DNA of 32,570 nucleotides from an uncultured Dehalococcoidales bacterium (GTDB lineage: Bacteria; Chloroflexota; Dehalococcoidia; Dehalococcoidales; UBA3254). This document shows, piece by piece, positions 27,328 through 32,570 of the stretch. The stretch lies in the NCBI GenBank assembly GCA_964541585.1, contig CAZIQW010000001.1, forward strand, positions 10,279-42,848, in the 5' to 3' direction. The notes beneath the pieces are model-generated. The model did not search any database. It was not told the DNA's origin and worked only from the letters and a program-made list of their open reading frames with translations. Positions within the stretch are counted from its first letter, which is position 1. Each line of letters opens with the position of its first letter. Both the position numbers and the translations under genes were made by a program.

Positions 27328-27978
27328 CTATCGGATAACGGTGGTAACTTCCCTGGCCGGTTTTCTCTCTTTCAGTTCCGGGCTTTCCGCCGGATAGCCC
27401 ACCGGTATGAACGCGATGATATCCATCTCCGGCGGGACCTTCAGGATTTTTTCAATATCCCCTTTGGCCTGCAAGGGTCCGGTCATCCAGACCGCCCCCA
27501 ATCCCATCTGGTGCAGAATGAGAAGCAGGTAGGCAATTGCCGAGGAGACGGACTGTATCTTGGAGTTGGCTGTATCCCTCCACTGCTTGATTAAGCGGGA
27601 TTTGAGGTCGTCCGGGCGGGCACTTACCACCTGGTCTATCGGCGAATGGTACTGTTTCACTGCCACGGCGATAGCGGCGGGAGCGCTGCGGAAAGTGCTG
27701 GCCCTTTGCAGCATCCGGGTGGCCACATCGGGCCAGGTTCCGATTTCCGGCAAAGAAGCTATATAGTCCGCACTGTCCTGCACGGCATCCGCTATGGACA
27801 CAATAGTATCCCGGTTTAAAATCACATAGAAGTGCCAGTTCTGCTGGTTAGCTGCATTTGGTGCGTAAGCAGCCAACTCAATAGCCTGCAATAAAGTATC
27901 TCCGGCAACCGGCTTATCCTGCCAGACGCGTATGGAGCGCCGGCTTTTCATGAGAGCTTCTAAATCAGAAAGGTTCAT
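27328..27978 (-). CDS. Nitroreductase-family flavoprotein
   Basis: MNLSDLEALMKSRRSIRVWQDKPV is the family-typical N-terminus. ATG 27978 lies 9 nt after GGAGG. The track start at 28011 is rejected. Confidence 0.75.
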   Translation of the reverse strand: MNLSDLEALMKSRRSIRVWQDKPVAGDTLLQAIELAAYAPNAANQQNWHFYVILNRDTIVSIADAVQDSADYIASLPEIGTWPDVATRMLQRASTFRSAPAAIAVAVKQYHSPIDQVVSARPDDLKSRLIKQWRDTANSKIQSVSSAIAYLLLILHQMGLGAVWMTGPLQAKGDIEKILKVPPEMDIIAFIPVGYPAESPELKERKPAREVTTVIR

Positions 27979-28092
27979 GATATCTTGCCTCCTTTTCCTT
28001 ATCGTAAACACTATTATGCATGGCTGTGCTGGTTTTTACAATAAGCATATTTGCCATTAGCAGGCTGTTGATTTTGGGAACAAGCTCTACTT

Positions 28093-28120
28093 GAGCCGGG
28101 CAGAAATTTCTGCCCGGCTC
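28093..28120. terminator. Perfect palindromic hairpin downstream of the beta-helix membrane protein gene
   Basis: GAGCCGGGCAGA-AATT-TCTGCCCGGCTC forms a 12-bp stem. No clear U-tract follows on the minus strand, so terminator function is uncertain. Confidence 0.4.
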
Positions 28121-28162
28121 TCTGCTCGGTTTGAATCTTATTTCTTTTAATTGCCCCGGAAG

Positions 28163-29314
28163 TTATCGGGATATCCGGAACACGGTGACCAGAGTACCGA
28201 GTCCGAAGAGAACCACAAAAAACCAGAGAATCCACCCGAAGATGGGAATCAGGCCTACCGCATAGAGCAAGAAAAGTCCCAGGGCCAGGGCGCCTATCAG
28301 GAATCCGCCGGAGGCGGTTTCCCGGCCCCTGGAGAGAATCAGCCAGCCGATGGTTAAAGCTACTGGAATTTGGCTAAGATAGAGCAGCACTCCCCAGACC
28401 ACCAGGGCGGTTAAGGCCAGGGGTATCCCGACAATGGTAAACATTACGATGAAAGCGGCTATCGGTGTGGCAAAAAATATCAGGGCACCCCAGCCCAGGC
28501 ACTGGGCAGGATGATACTGGAGAGAGCGCGCCAACAGCTTTATGTGCCGCATAGTAGCTGCAATAATGATTAGCCCGATTATGAAAACAGCAATAAAGTT
28601 AAACAAAGCGTAGATAATCGCCCCGGTTATCCCTGCCAGGATTCCTCTTTCCGGCCTTTCCGTCGGTTCCGGAGGAGCTACCTGGTCGACTGTACCGGTG
28701 ACTTCCGCTCCCTGTTGAATGACGGCCTGGTTTCTGCTGGTATAGGTCAGGTCTCCCCCTATGCCGGCTTCAGATGTGACAAGAAGGTTGGTGACCCTCA
28801 GGTTGACGTTCCCTTCAATCTGGTTGCTGATAGTTGCCTCATCGGAGGCTCCCAGCACATTACGGGAGATTGACCCGCCAATCAGGGCAGTACTGGTGCC
28901 CAGGATCAGGTCACGGCCGATAACGGCAGTCTGGTTGATTATCAGATCGGATGCTGCCACTACTACGTCTCCATCGATGCTGCCGTTGATTGTTACGGTT
29001 TGCGCCGCCAGACGTACACTGCGGCTGATATTGCCGTTTATATTAATTGTTTGCGCCGCAATGGTGGCCCCGCCATCTACTGTGCCGTTAACGGTGATTG
29101 TACGGCCCATGATAAAGATATCTCCGTTGACAGTTCCGTCAATTGTGATATTGGTCCCCACCAGGTATAAATCATCGTCGATTACCGTATCGCCGGCTAT
29201 CGTGATATTAGTATCGGCGCGGGCATCGTAGGCCAGTGCGGGCACGGCGAACGCTGAAATACAAAAGCATACCAGGATAAAAACGAAAGCCAACCGGGAT
29301 AATTTCTTAACCAT
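28163..29314 (-). CDS. Secreted bactofilin (DUF583)-like beta-helix repeat domain fused to a C-terminal polytopic membrane domain
   Basis: The signal peptide is MVKKLSRLAFVFILVCFCISAFAVPALA. About 180 aa of repeats follow, of the type TIDGTVNGDIFIMGRTITVNGTVDGGATIAAQTININGNISRSV. At least five hydrophobic helices come next. A GAGGAGG Shine-Dalgarno lies upstream. Confidence 0.55.
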   Translation of the reverse strand: MVKKLSRLAFVFILVCFCISAFAVPALAYDARADTNITIAGDTVIDDDLYLVGTNITIDGTVNGDIFIMGRTITVNGTVDGGATIAAQTININGNISRSVRLAAQTVTINGSIDGDVVVAASDLIINQTAVIGRDLILGTSTALIGGSISRNVLGASDEATISNQIEGNVNLRVTNLLVTSEAGIGGDLTYTSRNQAVIQQGAEVTGTVDQVAPPEPTERPERGILAGITGAIIYALFNFIAVFIIGLIIIAATMRHIKLLARSLQYHPAQCLGWGALIFFATPIAAFIVMFTIVGIPLALTALVVWGVLLYLSQIPVALTIGWLILSRGRETASGGFLIGALALGLFLLYAVGLIPIFGWILWFFVVLFGLGTLVTVFRISR

Positions 29315-29411
29315 TTCACCACCTCCTCAAGAATCCGACATTTCGTGGCATTAACTGAGATCCCCTCAACACTATTGAGATATACGGTATATTTCCATTT
29401 TACATTACTGA

Positions 29412-29577
29412 GGAATAACCAGGAATCTAACCCTAAACTCTAATCTCTAAAATTTTATACAAATTCAAATTATCAAAACTTCAGGGCTCAAAACGTTTGA
29501 ATCATTCAATATTAGAATTTTGGATTTTATTCCCTGGTTATTGTATCTTGGTTATTGTATCTTGTTTCCTGGTTGTC
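29412..29577. repeat. AT-rich intergenic palindromic element with terminal AATAACCAGG/CCTGGTTATT inverted repeats and a tandem GTTATTGTATCTTG duplication
   Basis: A 10-nt perfect inverted repeat pairs 29414-29423 with 29533-29542, and the arms between them are imperfectly complementary. There is an exact 14-nt tandem repeat (29537-29550 and 29551-29564). The module at 29533-29550 matches 17415-17432 at 17 of 18 positions. Confidence 0.6.
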
Positions 29578-30484
29578 ATCTCTGCGCATCATCTTCAAGA
29601 TTATTGCTCTTTGTGGCTGTCACCACGTACCATTCTTCTTTCCGGTCGACATCATTCAGCTTGAATCCGGCCAGAGACAGGCTGATAAGCACTTCATCCA
29701 GTCCCTGCGGGTGAATACCGCTGACTATCAGTATGCCGCCGGGTTTAAGCACTCTGGCAAAACCTTCCGACAGGTCGGATATCGCTCTGGCAGTGATGTT
29801 GGACAGAGCCATATCAAAACTACTCCGGTATAATCTCCGGGCTCTAAGACTGAGGGTTCCTCGCCTGACCCGGATGTATTTATCCACGCCGTTTATCCGG
29901 GTATTCTCGCGGGCTGCTCTGACGGCCTGAGGGTCCGTATCCAAAGCCAGGGCTGAGGAAGCCCCCAGTTTGACTGCTGCGATGGATAGAATACCGGAGC
30001 CTGTGCCCAGGTCCAGGACAGACATTCCTGGTTGGAGAAGTTTTTCCAGGTAGAGAAGGCAAAGCCTGGTGGTTGGATGCAGTCCGGTGCCGAAGGCAGC
30101 CCCCGGCTCGATATCGATGACTATTCTAGTAGAAACCGGTATCGGCTGGCATATCCAGCCAGGCTTGATGATGAATTTTTCTCCTATTTCCAGTATGCCG
30201 AAATGTTTTCTTAAAGAATTGAACCAGTCTTCAGGCTTAAGAAGGCGTTCTTGAATATCGACTGATGTTTGTACGCGGGATAGGTTTTGCTCTATTTCGT
30301 TCCTGATGGATTTGTAGGAACGGCTGTGAGGCAGGTACACCTTGACCCTGTAGGCTTTCTCACTGCTTATATCTGAGGGCCATTCTTCGATTACGGCTCC
30401 ACCCTGTACATACCGGCCCAGCATTGAGGCCATACCTTCCACCTCTGCGGGACTGGCTGAAACACTGACTTCCACCCACCGCAT
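29576..30484 (-). CDS. prmA: Ribosomal protein L11 methyltransferase
   Basis: 302 aa. Landmarks: MRWVEVSV at the N-terminus, FIIKPGW, the SAM-binding loop VLDLGTGSGILSIAAVKLGA and DTDPQAV. An AAGGAGG Shine-Dalgarno lies 9 nt upstream. Confidence 0.85.
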   Translation of the reverse strand: MRWVEVSVSASPAEVEGMASMLGRYVQGGAVIEEWPSDISSEKAYRVKVYLPHSRSYKSIRNEIEQNLSRVQTSVDIQERLLKPEDWFNSLRKHFGILEIGEKFIIKPGWICQPIPVSTRIVIDIEPGAAFGTGLHPTTRLCLLYLEKLLQPGMSVLDLGTGSGILSIAAVKLGASSALALDTDPQAVRAARENTRINGVDKYIRVRRGTLSLRARRLYRSSFDMALSNITARAISDLSEGFARVLKPGGILIVSGIHPQGLDEVLISLSLAGFKLNDVDRKEEWYVVTATKSNNLEDDAQR

Positions 30485-30660
30485 GTCATTCTGCCTCCTT
30501 CTTCCTGAAATAACCGGTAACCCGGAGTATTTCTATTTTACGCCAATAACCAGCCTGGTTGCCATACTGCCGGCGGGTAGAGTCATTTGCAAATTGTTAA
30601 TCATAGTTTAATAATTATTAGATGTGACCGGAAATAAGGAGCAAAAAATCAAGAGTGAGG

Positions 30661-32409
30661 CTATTTTTTATTATTTTTCCATTCGTCTGCTTTTTGTTTC
30701 AGTTCACTGGCATTATTTAAGGCAGTTTCGGTATACGCCGGCCCGGTCAGCATGGCAGCCAGTTCCCGGATTTGAGATACGCCGGTAAGGTTGTCCAGGG
30801 TGCTGATGGTGCGGGAATCAGAAAGCCCTTTGTGAACGCAAAAGTGTGCATCGGCATAAGCAGCGATTTGCGGCAGGTGAGTAACACAAATTACCTGATG
30901 GTTCCGGGCCAGTGTCCAGAGTTTTCTCCCGATGGCATCGCCACTCCTTCCTCCGACACCGATGTCTATCTCATCAAAAATCAGGACGGGGATACTGTCC
31001 GCTTCGGAAAGAGCCCCTTTCAGAGCCAGCGTGAAACGGGAGATTTCTCCGGTGGAGGCAATCCTGGTCAGAGGCTTTAAAGGCTCCCCCGGGTTGGTGG
31101 AAACCATGAATTCAACAGTATCGATGCCCTCATTATTAAAAGAGTATGTTTTACCGTCACTGCCAGAAATTCCGGAGGGTGACGGGGTCTGTGTGACAAA
31201 TACCCCAAACTGCATCTGCTCCATTTCAAGGTCGTGAAGCTCTTTTATTACATCAGCCGTTAACCGTGCAGCGCCTTGAAAACGGGCACGGGAAAGCTCG
31301 CCTGCCCTTTGTCCCATCTCCATTCTGATACTGTCACGTTCTTTTTCCATCTGCGACTGCTTCTCTGCAGAGGTCTCGATACCGGCCAGTTCTTCCTTGG
31401 ATTTCTCAAGAAAAATCAGGATATCACCTATGGTCTTGCCGTATTTTCTTTTGAGGTTCCGTATGAGTTCCAGACGTGATTCTATCTCTTCCAGCCCTTC
31501 GGGATGGTGCTCCAGGTTATCACTGTAAGAACGGATATCCCGGGCTATATCTTCCAGTCCATAGATGGTCTTATCCAGATATTCGAGCTGCTGGTTCAGC
31601 GCCGGATCCAGTTCCACCAGTTTTTTCATACTCTGGACGGCTTCATTCAGTTTGAACAGGGCGGATACCGGATAGTGTGAGGTATCCCCTTCATATAGAG
31701 CCTGGTAAATTGCCGTTGAATACTCCTTGAGTTTCTCGCTGTAAGAAATAATATGGAGCTCTTTCTCCAGCTCTTCGTCTTCGCCTTCCTGTAATTTAGC
31801 CTTCTCTATTTCATCTATCTGGTACTTGAGAAATTCTTCCTGTCGGGCCGTGTCTTTTTCTATGTCGGCGAGGGATTCCAGTTCGTTATTCAGTTCCCTC
31901 AACCTGGTTGCCCGGGCGCTGAAGTCTTTTCTCATCTTATCCGTATGAGCGTAAGCATCCAGAAAATTCAGATGGGTTTTTTTATCCAGCAGGGAGAGAT
32001 GTTCGCTCTGTCCGTGGATATCAATGAGAAGCTGTCCGGTCTGGCGGAGAATGGTTTTGGTGACCGTGCGCCCGTTGATCCTGACTAAACCGGGTTTTTG
32101 CCGTCTAACTTCACAACTGATTATCAGAGTGTCTTCATCCGAAGCCAGCCCCTTCTCTTCCAGGAAATAATTCAGAGCATCAAATTTCCTGTCCTGTGAT
32201 ATCGCAAAGATACCTTCTATCCTGGCCTCGTAAGCACCGTGACGGATGATATCTTCGCCAGCTGTCCCGAAGAGTAGTAGCTCTACGGCATCTATAATCA
32301 GCGATTTGCCGGCACCAGTTTCGCCGGTAATGACATTCAGTCCGGTATCCAGTTTCCAGTCTATATCTTCGATAATACCGAGGTCTTTGACTCTCAGTTC
32401 CAGTAGCAA
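30661..32409 (-). CDS. recN: DNA repair/recombination protein RecN (SMC-like ATPase)
   Basis: Walker A is GETGAGKSLIIDA. There is a long coiled-coil middle. The signature and Walker B region are STGEISRFTLALK...VLIFDEIDIGVGG. TTG 32409 lies 6 nt after AGGAGA and gives the RecN-typical N-terminus LLELRVKDLGII. The track start TTG 32433 has no Shine-Dalgarno. Confidence 0.85.
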   Translation of the reverse strand: MLLELRVKDLGIIEDIDWKLDTGLNVITGETGAGKSLIIDAVELLLFGTAGEDIIRHGAYEARIEGIFAISQDRKFDALNYFLEEKGLASDEDTLIISCEVRRQKPGLVRINGRTVTKTILRQTGQLLIDIHGQSEHLSLLDKKTHLNFLDAYAHTDKMRKDFSARATRLRELNNELESLADIEKDTARQEEFLKYQIDEIEKAKLQEGEDEELEKELHIISYSEKLKEYSTAIYQALYEGDTSHYPVSALFKLNEAVQSMKKLVELDPALNQQLEYLDKTIYGLEDIARDIRSYSDNLEHHPEGLEEIESRLELIRNLKRKYGKTIGDILIFLEKSKEELAGIETSAEKQSQMEKERDSIRMEMGQRAGELSRARFQGAARLTADVIKELHDLEMEQMQFGVFVTQTPSPSGISGSDGKTYSFNNEGIDTVEFMVSTNPGEPLKPLTRIASTGEISRFTLALKGALSEADSIPVLIFDEIDIGVGGRSGDAIGRKLWTLARNHQVICVTHLPQIAAYADAHFCVHKGLSDSRTISTLDNLTGVSQIRELAAMLTGPAYTETALNNASELKQKADEWKNNKK

Positions 32410-32460
32410 TTTGTATCTCCTGAAGCAAAGCAAAGTCAGGGATTCGTTTAGCTTAGCGCT

Positions 32461-32489
32461 ATTGTATCATGTTATCAGGCAAGTGTGAA
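32461..32489 (-). promoter_or_regulatory. Candidate sigma-70-like promoter for recN (TTCACA-17 nt-TACAAT)
   Basis: On the minus strand, TTCACA is at 32489-32484, followed by a 17-nt spacer and TACAAT at 32466-32461. Confidence 0.4.
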
Positions 32490-32527
32490 AATAGGCCGGA
32501 ACTCCGACAGCAGGCGGCAGTTATCAA

Positions 32528-32556
32528 TTGACATAAACATGCGGTTAATATAAAAT
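32528..32556 (+). promoter_or_regulatory. Near-consensus sigma-70-like promoter pointing out of the window (TTGACA-17 nt-TAAAAT)
   Basis: TTGACA is at 32528-32533, followed by a 17-nt spacer and TAAAAT at 32551-32556. A GGAG lies at the window edge (32566-32569). Confidence 0.45.
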
Positions 32557-32570
32557 ATAAACAGTGGAGT

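Noticed and set aside
28761-29231. 156-aa plus-strand ORF opposite the beta-helix repeat gene. Similar shadow ORFs occur at 7136..7588, 13000..13377 and 14143..14580.
   Set aside because: They lie antisense to confidently called genes. Repeat-driven or codon-bias-driven open frames explain them. They have no start context or motifs.
32434-32527. Search for a LexA/SOS box upstream of recN (CTGT-N8-ACAG or GAAC-N4-GTTC types).
   Set aside because: Neither consensus is present in the recN upstream region, so no SOS operator can be claimed.

Overview
The window reads as an ordinary chromosomal segment of an anaerobic bacterium. The evidence is Shine-Dalgarno-led genes, Tat export, PrmA and RecN. 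Its lineage cannot be assigned from sequence alone. I support 28 protein-coding genes. I found no rRNA, tRNA, CRISPR array, transposase or integrase. All family calls come from motifs read in the translations, because no database search was possible.

Gene blocks:
1. 123-8285: a sugar-nucleotide and glycan module. It holds a DegT-type aminotransferase, a WbqC-like protein, an archaeal-style GlmM, two tandem GlmU-like paralogues, a divergent DUF2341/LamG surface protein and a DUF457 membrane hydrolase.
2. 8670-15555, minus strand: fdnG-fdnH-fdnI-fdhE-tatA-tatA-tatC. fdnG is one 1015-codon gene that the ORF track splits at an in-frame TGA (selenocysteine) at 14983-14985.
3. 16045-23152: a family III CoA-transferase, the alpha and beta subunits of a 2-hydroxyacyl-CoA dehydratase (Hgd/Had/Fld type), two tandem and different activase ATPases, and an M20 amidohydrolase.
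4. 23174-32409: miscellaneous and housekeeping genes. These are a DedA/VTT protein, a DUF998 protein with an odd C-terminal extension, a NifU-like protein, a CocE/NonD hydrolase, a nitroreductase, a secreted bactofilin-like beta-helix membrane protein, prmA and recN.

Most interesting observations:
- The dehydratase locus has a heterodimer-type double activase, and the second copy has degenerate ATPase motifs.
- Two AT-rich structured intergenic elements (17263-17564 and 29412-29577) share a CCTGGTTATTGTAYCTTG module. A third locus in the prmA promoter has the half-sites abutted.
- fdnG uses Sec recoding and has a candidate SECIS hairpin.
- The first Fe-S cluster motif of FdnG has Asp in place of a Cys ligand.

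I did not find a clear-cut novel multi-gene system such as a defence or mobile system.
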